Source: Candidatus Heimdallarchaeota archaeon (GTDB lineage Archaea > Asgardarchaeota > Heimdallarchaeia > Heimdallarchaeales > Heimdallarchaeaceae). From it: DNA of 32,000 nt. The stretch is taken from positions 10,895 to 42,894 of the forward strand of contig DAOVER010000025.1 in the NCBI GenBank assembly GCA_030668875.1, read 5' to 3'. Each line of letters opens with the position of its first letter. Position 1 is the first letter of the stretch. Positions 1 through 8,573 of the stretch are shown piece by piece. Both the position numbers and the translations under genes were made by a program. A model generated the notes under the pieces. The model was not told where the DNA came from. It did not search any database and saw only the letters and a list, made by a program, of their open reading frames with translations.

Positions 1-790
1 TCTTTACATTTGCACTTTTAGCGACAAAAGCTGCTTCTGTACAAGTAGAATGTTTGTGCTTCTTAGCCCTTTCAGTTTCCATCATTGGATAAGTGGAATC
101 ATGAATAAGCAAATCAGCATTAGCGGAATTATTGATAACATTATCGTCTAATGGAGTATCTCCCGTTATGACAATCTTGGTTTGTTTTTTAGTTGATATA
201 TCTAATATTTCCGAAGGTAATACTGTTTTGTTGTCGATTTCAACAGGATAGCCCTCTTGCAGTTTTTGCCTTTTTATTCCTCTTGGAATATTCTTCTCCA
301 AGGCTCGATCAACATTAAAAACTCCTAAAGGTTTATGCGTAATAATTTTGTACCCTAAACAATCATCTCCATGGGAAACTGGAAATGATTCAACATAAAA
401 ATCAGAATTTGACAGAACCACCCCGCCGTTAGTTTCTATGACTTTTATATCATATGTAGGATATAATCTATATGCCAGTAATTGAAGGAAGATAAATGAG
501 GAGGTCCATGGAGGCCCAATTATGGTTATTGATTTGGAAATACTGTAAAAATTTCTTGTTGTTAAAAGACCTATCAAACCTAAAGTATGATCTGAGTGCA
601 AATGAGTTAATAAGATAGTCAAATTTGAAAAGCCTATCTTGTGTTTTAGCAACTGAACTTGAGTAGCTTCTCCAACATCGACAAGTAAATTATGATTCCG
701 GTACTGTATTGCAATTGAACTTTGCCTTCTTTCTACCTGTGGAGGTGCAGAAGATGTGCCTAGAAAAGTAACAGTGAACTTATTCCCCAT
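1..790 (-). CDS. rnz: Ribonuclease Z (tRNase Z), runs off the window edge
   Basis: Not in the ORF track. Manual translation from ATG at 790 gives MGNKFTVTFLGTSSAPPQVERRQSSIAI...LLVDVGEATQ...LTHLHSDHTLG (HxHxDH metallo-beta-lactamase motif)...VITGDT...LIHDSTY...HKHST, open to position 1. Confidence 0.92.
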   Translation of the reverse strand, partial: MGNKFTVTFLGTSSAPPQVERRQSSIAIQYRNHNLLVDVGEATQVQLLKHKIGFSNLTILLTHLHSDHTLGLIGLLTTRNFYSISKSITIIGPPWTSSFIFLQLLAYRLYPTYDIKVIETNGGVVLSNSDFYVESFPVSHGDDCLGYKIITHKPLGVFNVDRALEKNIPRGIKRQKLQEGYPVEIDNKTVLPSEILDISTKKQTKIVITGDTPLDDNVINNSANADLLIHDSTYPMMETERAKKHKHSTCTEAAFVAKSANVK

Positions 791-794
791 TAAA

Positions 795-1823
795 TCACTT
801 CAGAACTATAATTCTTCTAGTTAAAGATTTATGTAATCGAGTATCTAAAATTTTCTGAATGGAGAATCCAGCTTTTTCAGCTAATAGTTCTGATTTATGC
901 TTTGCTGGGCTACTAAAGACTAAATAACCATCTTTCTTGAGTATTGTTCGAGCTTCTATTAAAAATTCATAAATTAGGTTAATCACATTTTCTCCGTGTG
1001 TTGAAGATTGAATTGCGTAAGGTGGATCTGTGGCTATTGCGTCTACTTCTCTAATAGGTAAATGTCTTGAATCTGAACGGATTATTGCGCAGTAGTTTTC
1101 TTTATAAAACTGCATGTTTTGATTACAACCATATATTGCAAATTTGTCAAGTTCAGAGCCTAAAACGTTGGCTCCTAATGTAGCTGCTTCAATCAAGAAT
1201 CCTCCTCCACCACAGAACGGATCATAGAATATGTCAGATTGTTTTACTCTTGATAGGTTAACAATAGCTCGAGCAAATTCAGTTTTCATTGATCCTGGTC
1301 TGAAGAAGGGTCTATTCCCAGGTTCCCTATTTTCATATTCAATCCGGTCTAAACTCCAAACCTCCAGACCTAGATACAACCTCTTACCAATCAAAATTCC
1401 TTGAACTAAATAGTCTGGATTTTTCAGATTAGCTTTTAGGTTTTGTTCTCTGTAATTGTTAAATATATATTCCCCAAGTTCTCTTTCTAAATCTGGGAGA
1501 TCTTGCCATATTGCTTTTTTACCAACTTTTTTGACTCTAACTGCAAATGTTTTGTTACTCTCAATTTCTGGTAGAGAAATGAATTCTTGTAATTCAAGTT
1601 TATCTTCCTCCACATTACTTATTGATATTAGTGTTAGTATAGAATGAAGAAATGCGCACCTTTTTGCTGCTTTTATGGGGTTTTGTTTAGAAGTGAATAT
1701 GAGAACTTGATTTTCTCTTTTTTCAATAGAATATTGGATGCTTTCAGCTTCCAGAGTTGCAAAGAATTCCTCAAATCCAAAATCTTGATAATGACCTCGA
1801 ACATGAGCCAAATATTTCTTCAT
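795..1823 (-). CDS. trm11: tRNA (guanine-10, N2)-methyltransferase, THUMP plus Rossmann methyltransferase domains
   Basis: THUMP-like TFAVRVKK...NLKNPD segment, RPFFRPGSM, SAM motif DPFCGGGGFLIEA and catalytic DPPY. Start overlaps the prs stop (ATGA). Confidence 0.85.
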   Translation of the reverse strand: MKKYLAHVRGHYQDFGFEEFFATLEAESIQYSIEKRENQVLIFTSKQNPIKAAKRCAFLHSILTLISISNVEEDKLELQEFISLPEIESNKTFAVRVKKVGKKAIWQDLPDLERELGEYIFNNYREQNLKANLKNPDYLVQGILIGKRLYLGLEVWSLDRIEYENREPGNRPFFRPGSMKTEFARAIVNLSRVKQSDIFYDPFCGGGGFLIEAATLGANVLGSELDKFAIYGCNQNMQFYKENYCAIIRSDSRHLPIREVDAIATDPPYAIQSSTHGENVINLIYEFLIEARTILKKDGYLVFSSPAKHKSELLAEKAGFSIQKILDTRLHKSLTRRIIVLK

Positions 1824-2713
1824 AAGTACTTATCCTCAATAAACTCGCTTATAATTGGACTAATGTCAATTTGTCCCATATCATCTCTAGTAATTGTGTT
1901 GGAAGAATAGACCAATAAATTTCCAATTTTTTTCAATTCTGTGATCACTTCAGGTTTAGATAAAACATGCACAAATAATATTGCTACTGACTTAGCTCCT
2001 TTTTCAAGTATCAGAGAACATGCGGTTTTAGCTGTTGTTCCTGAACTCACAACATCATCTATAATTAACACATTTTTATTACTGAAATCGAAATTAGGTT
2101 TCTTAGTTCGGATTTTGTGAGTATCTGGATCTCTGCTCTTCTCTAGTATATAATATGAAATAGAGAACTCATTTGCAATTTGAAGGATATCTTTTTCACT
2201 TCCTTTATCTGGACCAACAATTATCCAATCATTCTTTTCCTTTTCTTTTAAAAACTCCCCAACCATAAATGGCAAGACATTAAAGTTCTGTTTATCGAGC
2301 CCAGAATCTTGAATAAAATATTGTTCCTTATTATGAACATTCACAGTTAAAATACTATCAACACCGGAATTCTGAAGATAAGAGAGTGTAAGATGGTGGG
2401 AAAGAGTTTCACCTTTTAATTTTCTTTTATCCGCTCGTGCATAACAGAGATATGGAATAACAGCTAAGACTCTATCTGCCCCTAATTCTTTCAAAGTTGA
2501 AGCTATCAGCATTGTTTCCAATAAGCTTTTTTCCTGATTTGGATAAGTTGATTGTATAATTAATATATCCTCGTTTTCGACTTGATCATCTATTTGAAGA
2601 TATGTTTCTCCATCATAAAATTGTTTGAAATTAAAATTGACATAAGGCAAATCTAGTTGTTTGGCTATATTTTTACCTAATGAATCAGAATTTGGACCAA
2701 GTAGTATCTTCAT
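1820..2713 (-). CDS. prs: Ribose-phosphate pyrophosphokinase (archaeal type)
   Basis: FYDGETY, VIPYLCYARADK, GPDKGS and the PRPP-binding loop VLIIDDVVSSGTT. Confidence 0.93.
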   Translation of the reverse strand: MKILLGPNSDSLGKNIAKQLDLPYVNFNFKQFYDGETYLQIDDQVENEDILIIQSTYPNQEKSLLETMLIASTLKELGADRVLAVIPYLCYARADKRKLKGETLSHHLTLSYLQNSGVDSILTVNVHNKEQYFIQDSGLDKQNFNVLPFMVGEFLKEKEKNDWIIVGPDKGSEKDILQIANEFSISYYILEKSRDPDTHKIRTKKPNFDFSNKNVLIIDDVVSSGTTAKTACSLILEKGAKSVAILFVHVLSKPEVITELKKIGNLLVYSSNTITRDDMGQIDISPIISEFIEDKYL

Positions 2714-2867
2714 TTTATGTCTGTGTTAAACTAAATCTAAAGACTTTAAAGTTTTTTTCCATTCACTTCTTTTAATGGGGTTTACAAACCAAGTAAATTG
2801 AATATAAACATATATTTATTAAAGCTGGAGGAACATAGCTATTGAAAGATTAGAATGTTTTCTTGTG

Positions 2868-4814
2868 ATGATTATGGTAGCTAAATCCAAAGGTGTTTCT
2901 AAGAAGTCTAAAATAAAAAGAGAGATTCTATTGGACATCGATTTTCACGATACAAGTGAAATTTCTGTTCCTCCCCGATTAATTGATCAAGTAATCGGTC
3001 AAGAAAACGCTACTAAAATTATAAAAAAAGCAGCATTGCAACGTAGACATGTTCTTCTTATTGGTGAACCTGGTACTGGAAAAAGTATGTTAGGACTTGC
3101 AATGTCTGAATTACTACCAAATGAAGAATTAGTTGATGTTTTATGTATAGCAAATCCTAAATATCCAAATCACCCTCGAGTTGCAACACTGCCTGCGGGA
3201 CATGGAGCTAGAAAGGTTGAGATGGACGCAGCAGTAGCTAAGAAAAGCGGAAATAAACGCTTCATTGTTTCTTTAGCAATTCTTTTTGGAATTATCGGTT
3301 ATGCACTTATTGCAACTGCTAGTAATCCAAGTACACAACCCGTTACATTATTGGTTGCTATGTTCGTAGGATTCTTTATTTTCTTTATGCTTAACCAATC
3401 AAGATCAAGAACTGAAATGTTAGTCCCCAAACTTCTAGTAGATAATACTAAAAAAGAAAAAGCACCGTTTCATGATGCAACAGGATCTCATGCTGGAGCA
3501 TTATTAGGAGATGTCAGACATGATCCTTTCCAATCAGGAGGACTTGGAACACCTCCACACGAGAGAGTCGAAAGTGGGTTGATTCACAAATCTCATTTGG
3601 GTGTTCTTTATTGTGATGAAATTGGCACTCTGGAAATGAGAACACAACAAAAATTACTAACCGCCATGCAAGAGGGCAAGTTGCAAATTACAGGACAATC
3701 TGAACTAAGCAGTGGTGCAATGGTTCGCTCTGATCCAGTACCTTGTAGATTTGTTCTTATTGCAGCTGGTAATATTGAAACTACCAGAAACATGCATCCT
3801 GCTCTACGTTCCAGAATTCAGGGTTCTGGTTACGAAGTCTATATGAGAGATATAATGGATGATTCTCTTGAGAATAGACGTAAACTTGCCCGTTTTTGTG
3901 CACAGGAAATTGTTAAAGATCGCAAAATTCCTCATTTCTCTAAAGAAGCGGTTGAAGAAATCATTTATGAAGCTCAAAGAAGAGCAGACAAAAAAGGTCA
4001 ACTAACTCTCAGATTGAGAGAGTTAGGTGGTTTAATTCGTGCAGCAGGAGATCTTGCTAAAGAGAGAAACGAAGACCTTGTTTCAGCTGAAACAATAAGA
4101 TCAGCCAAGAAACTTGCTCGAACACTTGAAAATCAAATAAGCGATTCTTACGCTGAAGATAGAAAACTATACAAGATATTTAACACTGAAATGACCAAAG
4201 TAGGTCGAGTTAATGGACTCGCAGTTATCAATCAAAAATCTGGTATTGTCATGCCTATTGAAGCAGAAGTTGTCCCTGCATTTAGTCGAAGAGAAGGGAA
4301 AATTATTGCAACTGGTCAATTAAGGATTATTGCAAGAGAAGCTGTTCAAAATGTTTCAGCAATTGTTAAAAAGTACGTAGGAAAAGACATATCTGATTTT
4401 GACTATCATATACAATTTGTTGGAGCATATGCTGGAGTGGAAGGAGATTCAGCCTCGATCTCAATTGCTATTTCAATTTTGTCAGCATTAGAAAACGCAC
4501 CCATCAGACAAGATACAGCAATGACTGGCAGTTTAACTGTAAGGGGGGTAGTTCTACCTATTGGTGGAGTTACTGCTAAAATTGAAGCAGCAGTAGAAGC
4601 TGGCATTAAGCGTGTCATTATCCCTTTTCAGAACAAAGATGATGTTAAAATTGAGGAAGAGTACAAGAGTAAGGTTGAGATCATTCCAGTCTCAAATCTG
4701 CTAGAAGTACTTAGAGCTTCATTACCAAAGGAGTATCATTATGTTGCAAACAAATATGAAGAACTAGATTTTGAAGCTCTTGGTAAGAATGATAAAAAGA
4801 AAACCAAAAAATAA
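2868..4814 (+). CDS. lonB: Archaeal membrane-anchored Lon protease (LonB)
   Basis: Walker A GEPGTGKS, two hydrophobic helices inserted in the AAA domain, Walker B YCDEIG, catalytic Ser in EGDSAS and Lys in AKIEAA. Start may be 2865, 2868 or 2874. Confidence 0.95.
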   Translation: MIMVAKSKGVSKKSKIKREILLDIDFHDTSEISVPPRLIDQVIGQENATKIIKKAALQRRHVLLIGEPGTGKSMLGLAMSELLPNEELVDVLCIANPKYPNHPRVATLPAGHGARKVEMDAAVAKKSGNKRFIVSLAILFGIIGYALIATASNPSTQPVTLLVAMFVGFFIFFMLNQSRSRTEMLVPKLLVDNTKKEKAPFHDATGSHAGALLGDVRHDPFQSGGLGTPPHERVESGLIHKSHLGVLYCDEIGTLEMRTQQKLLTAMQEGKLQITGQSELSSGAMVRSDPVPCRFVLIAAGNIETTRNMHPALRSRIQGSGYEVYMRDIMDDSLENRRKLARFCAQEIVKDRKIPHFSKEAVEEIIYEAQRRADKKGQLTLRLRELGGLIRAAGDLAKERNEDLVSAETIRSAKKLARTLENQISDSYAEDRKLYKIFNTEMTKVGRVNGLAVINQKSGIVMPIEAEVVPAFSRREGKIIATGQLRIIAREAVQNVSAIVKKYVGKDISDFDYHIQFVGAYAGVEGDSASISIAISILSALENAPIRQDTAMTGSLTVRGVVLPIGGVTAKIEAAVEAGIKRVIIPFQNKDDVKIEEEYKSKVEIIPVSNLLEVLRASLPKEYHYVANKYEELDFEALGKNDKKKTKK

Positions 4815-4830
4815 ACTTAAGGTATTTCAA

Positions 4831-5151
4831 ATGACAACCTCAGGTTTCTACTTCTATTATTGCGACATCATAGCTCAACCCAATGATGAAGAGCAGTATG
4901 AAGATTTTAATGAGTTTGACATGCATGTTAACTTAGTTGAAAAAGAGATAGCAGAAAAAGAACCAAAACGACAACCAGTTATGGAAACACAATTTTTCAA
5001 CCCAGACTGGGCAGAATTAAGTCTGAGATTCAGAGCTTCTTATCGTGATGGTACAGAGGACATCTACCGATTTATAGATCTTGTTACAGAAACGTTAACA
5101 AGTCAATTAAATGTCACAATTATTGATTTCAACATTAGCAATATAACATGA
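4831..5151 (+). CDS. Small acidic hypothetical protein (106 aa)
   Basis: ATG at 4831, 16 nt after the lonB stop. Protein-like composition with alternating beta-strand and amphipathic-helix patterns; no recognisable family motif. Confidence 0.65.
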   Translation: MTTSGFYFYYCDIIAQPNDEEQYEDFNEFDMHVNLVEKEIAEKEPKRQPVMETQFFNPDWAELSLRFRASYRDGTEDIYRFIDLVTETLTSQLNVTIIDFNISNIT

Positions 5152-5166
5152 AAATTCATTGATGTT

Positions 5167-6198
5167 TTAGGAAAGTACAACGTTTATTTTTGTTTGACAT
5201 TTGTTGCAATTACCTTGTAATGAAATTCTTCTCACTTCTGTAAGATATGAATTTCGATGGATAAGTAATTCATTGCAATTTGGACAATGAGTGTTGAGTG
5301 TTTCATGGTCTGGAATACCGTCAATATATACGTATTGAAGACCAGTTCCTTTAGCAGCTGCATGTGAGGATTCTAGTAATTCCTTGGAAGTTGGGGTGTA
5401 ATTTTTTGTTTTGTACGAGGGAATAAGTCTTGAAAGGTGTAAGGGTACCTCAGCAGATAATTCTTCCTTTATCCATTCTGCTAATTTACCAGCTACTTCT
5501 GCATCATTATTCAAACCTTCATGTATGACAATGTGTAGTTCCAGAAGTTTGCCACTCTCAAAAATAATTTTGATAATTTTCTTAATGTGTTCAAAACTTC
5601 CACCTCCACAGCTTTGTTCATAACCTTCATCATTAATATGTTTTATATCTATAGTAACGGCATCCACATATTCCAACATTTCTCTGACTGGTTGTTCATG
5701 GAAATAACCGTTGGTCCGGAGAAGTACTTTCAATCCTCTCTCCTTTGCAAGTTTGGCTGTATCTCTGACCCATTCAAATGAAATAAAAGGTTCGGCTTCA
5801 CCAAAGATAATGACTCTAGAACCAGAAGCCATACCAAACATAATTGCTTGATCAGGCGCAAATTTCTTTCCTGTGTAAGTTTCTGTGTCTAATTTAGCTT
5901 TATCTGGCATTGAACAATAATCACAATCTAGATTACAATTGTATGTTGAGAATGTTTGTGCTCTTGAATTTGGGAAAAAATGATATACGTGTTGTTTCTC
6001 TATCATGTCTATTTTCATTTCTGTAAAACCATAGTTAAGAGAATAGAGTTTCCCTGCAACATTCATCCGAGCCAAACATTTACCTCTCTCTCCCTGGTTG
6101 ATTATACAATTAAAAGGACAAAGATGGCATTGAATGCTCAAATCCTCTTGATCAAGTATTTCATAATATTCGGCTTCGTGCAAAGTAGAATGTGACAT
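5167..6198 (-). CDS. AmmeMemoRadiSam-type (AmrS/PflA-like) radical SAM enzyme
   Basis: N-terminal QCHLCPFNC...GKC, YHFFP, CxxxCxxC motif CNLDCDYC, RTNGY, LHLSRLIPSY and C-terminal CPNC...CNKC. Likely start is ATG at 6198. Confidence 0.85.
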   Translation of the reverse strand: MSHSTLHEAEYYEILDQEDLSIQCHLCPFNCIINQGERGKCLARMNVAGKLYSLNYGFTEMKIDMIEKQHVYHFFPNSRAQTFSTYNCNLDCDYCSMPDKAKLDTETYTGKKFAPDQAIMFGMASGSRVIIFGEAEPFISFEWVRDTAKLAKERGLKVLLRTNGYFHEQPVREMLEYVDAVTIDIKHINDEGYEQSCGGGSFEHIKKIIKIIFESGKLLELHIVIHEGLNNDAEVAGKLAEWIKEELSAEVPLHLSRLIPSYKTKNYTPTSKELLESSHAAAKGTGLQYVYIDGIPDHETLNTHCPNCNELLIHRNSYLTEVRRISLQGNCNKCQTKINVVLS

Positions 6199-6303
6199 AT
6201 AATCAAAACAAAGTTTGACCTTCATTATTAAATTTTTTTAAACTAACAAGATGTACAAAGCATAAGTATATCAATTAGATAATATTCGGTCTAAAGTCCA
6301 GAA

Positions 6304-6882
6304 TCAGTTTCTTATATCAGTCAGATCAAATGACAATTCCTTAATTTTTCCATTACATTTTGGACAATTTTTGTTATCTTCAGCCCAATCTAAAAGTTCA
6401 TCTCTATGAAAAACATGATCACAAGGTTTGATTATTGCAATATCTTCATGCTGATTTATAATCTTATTACAGAGATTACAGAATGGTGTTTTATTCCCAC
6501 ATTTCATACACACCAAAGCGCCCTTTGAGGTTATTTCAGTAATATTGTCCCCACAAAACATGCAATAATATTGTTTTTGTGCTATCTCTTGATTTTTCCT
6601 AGCTTTGGAAACGAATCCACCTATACTTACTCCCAAAAGTATCAAACCTAAGAAAATAAATGGAAAAAATGCAACAAGGAAAACCCACATATCCTTATCT
6701 GTAAAAAACACAGGCAACGATATTCCAAAGTAGATACCAAGAGCAACTAAACCTCCCACTAATAGGGGGATTCTCATACCAATAAATCTACATCGGGTAG
6801 AGCAGTACTTGCTATCAACCAAGCCAAATTTTTGTTTCTTGATTTTAATCATTTCATTACATACTTTACATCTTAAGCTCAT
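6304..6882 (-). CDS. Membrane-anchored zinc-finger/RING-like protein (putative E3 ligase)
   Basis: CKVC...YCSTRC (TRASH/FCS-like finger), two hydrophobic helices, zinc ribbon CMFC...CMKC, then CNLC-x15-CDHVFHRDE-LLDW...CPKC. ATG at 6882; TTTATAA on the minus strand about 27 nt upstream. Confidence 0.75.
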   Translation of the reverse strand: MSLRCKVCNEMIKIKKQKFGLVDSKYCSTRCRFIGMRIPLLVGGLVALGIYFGISLPVFFTDKDMWVFLVAFFPFIFLGLILLGVSIGGFVSKARKNQEIAQKQYYCMFCGDNITEITSKGALVCMKCGNKTPFCNLCNKIINQHEDIAIIKPCDHVFHRDELLDWAEDNKNCPKCNGKIKELSFDLTDIRN

Positions 6883-6931
6883 TTGTAAGAGCAAATGGTC
6901 ATTCTGAATTATAAACCTATTTTATTTATGA

Positions 6932-6963
6932 ATGTGTTTTTGTCTTTTTGTCTTATTAGCTTG
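6932..6963 (+). repeat. 8-bp-periodic TTGTC motif array, putative left end of the tnpB remnant
   Basis: ATGTGTTT TTGTCTTT TTGTCTTA TTAGCTTG. Positions 6939-6959 match the reverse complement of 27313-27333 at 20/21 nt. Confidence 0.6.
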
Positions 6964-7027
6964 TAAAACTAGTAACATTTTCGAGATAGTACAGGTGTTT
7001 TTATAGTGAACTCTAGGTCAACGAAGG

Positions 7028-7300
7028 ATGGCAAAGGTACTGCGTGCAGAACGTATAGAAGTGACGTATCATCCAGCATTAAGCAGAATCTGTCATCAAG
7101 CAAAAAATCTCTATAATCGAGCAAATTTTCTGATAAAAACTTCTTTGAAACAAACAAACTTCTCTTTTACTACGATCTTGATAGACAATTGAAACAGGAG
7201 GGGTGCTACCGTGTCCTCCCGGCTCATGTTGCTCAACAGACACTCAAACTTCTTTCTAGATGTTGGAAGAGCTATTTTCGAGCTAAACAAGAGTGGAAGA
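7028..7300 (+). pseudogene. tnpB: Frameshifted, 3'-truncated tnpB fragment, same family as 26023-27282
   Basis: MAKVLRAERIEVTYHPALSRICHQAKNLYNRANFLIKTSL, frameshift near 7150, then KLLFYYDLDRQLKQEGCYRVLPAHVAQQTLKLLSRCWKSYFRAKQEWK. Aligns to the first ~90 aa of the intact TnpB; upstream TTTTATA...CTCTAGGT is also shared. Confidence 0.92.
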
Positions 7301-7811
7301 AGAGGAACAATTAGGATGTAAATTTTCTCAAACATCTTTAACAGATTTAACTATGTTTGAAAATGACTTCTTTGATCTAATTGTTTCAAATATCGTCTTA
7401 GTGGATATACAAGACTATCAAAAAGCTTTCTTAGAAATAAATCGTGTACTGAAAAAAGATGGAAGATTTATTTGGTCAAATTCGCATCCCACTTTTGGAA
7501 GATTAGGGTCAATGGATCTTAGATTACCTTTTGATGCGTCTAGAAATGAAGAAAATCTATACAAGATAATCGACAGATATTTTGACAGCGGAGGAACATT
7601 AGTATCTTGGGGGAAAGTTCAACCTCTTTGGCAGTTCGATAGAACATTATCAGAGTATAGCCACGCGTTAAAGGAAGCAGGATTTGCTATAAGAGAGATT
7701 ATAGAACCAAAACCAGATTTGGAACTGATTAGAAAAAACCCAAGATTTTTAGCGTTTGATGCTGATAGATATCCTCATTTCATAATATTCGATTGTATAA
7801 AATTGGAGTGA
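7293..7811 (+). pseudogene. Class I SAM methyltransferase lacking its N-terminal part (no motif I)
   Basis: Retains FDLIVSNIVL...EINRVLKKDGRFIWSNSHP but has no D/E-x-G-x-G-x-G motif. Sequence starts abruptly at the tnpB junction. Confidence 0.75.
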
Positions 7812-7818
7812 ACATTTC

Positions 7819-8385
7819 TTACAGTTTGCTCAATTCAAGTTGATAGACCAACCACGTAAAAGCTTCATAGACACCTTTACCATTTAGAGCACTACAATCG
7901 AACACTGAGAAAGTGCGGTCTTTCAATTCTAAATGAAGGTTCAACAACTGAATCATCAATGGTGCTTGGATAGCATCAGGTAAATCTTGCTTGTTTGCAA
8001 GAATAAGAGTTGGAATCTTTTCGAGATGAGGATTATTAAAAACATGAGTTCTCAATATATCTCGAGCTTCTGGTAATCTTTCGATATCAGCAGCATCTAT
8101 CACGAAAACAGCTGCAGAACAACCTGGATAGTGTACTTCCCACAAAAACCGAAATTGTTCTTGACCAGCTACATCTATTGTTGTTATATCCCATCCTTCG
8201 AAGTTTATTGAGTCAATATTCTGACCTATTGTAGGAGAAGTATCACCTTGATATTCACCTGTATTCATGTATTTTGTCAAGGTAGTTTTTCCTGCTGAAT
8301 CAAGTCCAACGACAAGAATTTTAGCTCTTTTCTCAGCTTTTAGTTTTCTTCTTAACCATAGGGAAAATGAAGTAAAAGCACTCAT
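7819..8385 (-). CDS. Arf-family small GTPase (Asgard Arf-related)
   Basis: G1 GLDSAGKTT, switch I PTIG, G3 DVAGQEQFRFLW, G4 NKQD, G5 CSAL, N-terminal amphipathic segment MSAFTSFSLWLRRKL. SD-like GAGGTG upstream of ATG 8385. Confidence 0.9.
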   Translation of the reverse strand: MSAFTSFSLWLRRKLKAEKRAKILVVGLDSAGKTTLTKYMNTGEYQGDTSPTIGQNIDSINFEGWDITTIDVAGQEQFRFLWEVHYPGCSAAVFVIDAADIERLPEARDILRTHVFNNPHLEKIPTLILANKQDLPDAIQAPLMIQLLNLHLELKDRTFSVFDCSALNGKGVYEAFTWLVYQLELSKL

Positions 8386-8573
8386 CCTGACACCTCTGTT
8401 TATCGACAAATCTAATTTGTTTACTAATCAATCTCAACTAATATATTCTTTGATAGTTAATGGGTATATAAAACTTAATTTGTTTAAGCAATTGTTTTTA
8501 GCAAATTTCATCTCCCAATTAGACATTTTTACTCTCAACAAACTTTTTATTGATACCACTTTATCCCTCTCTT

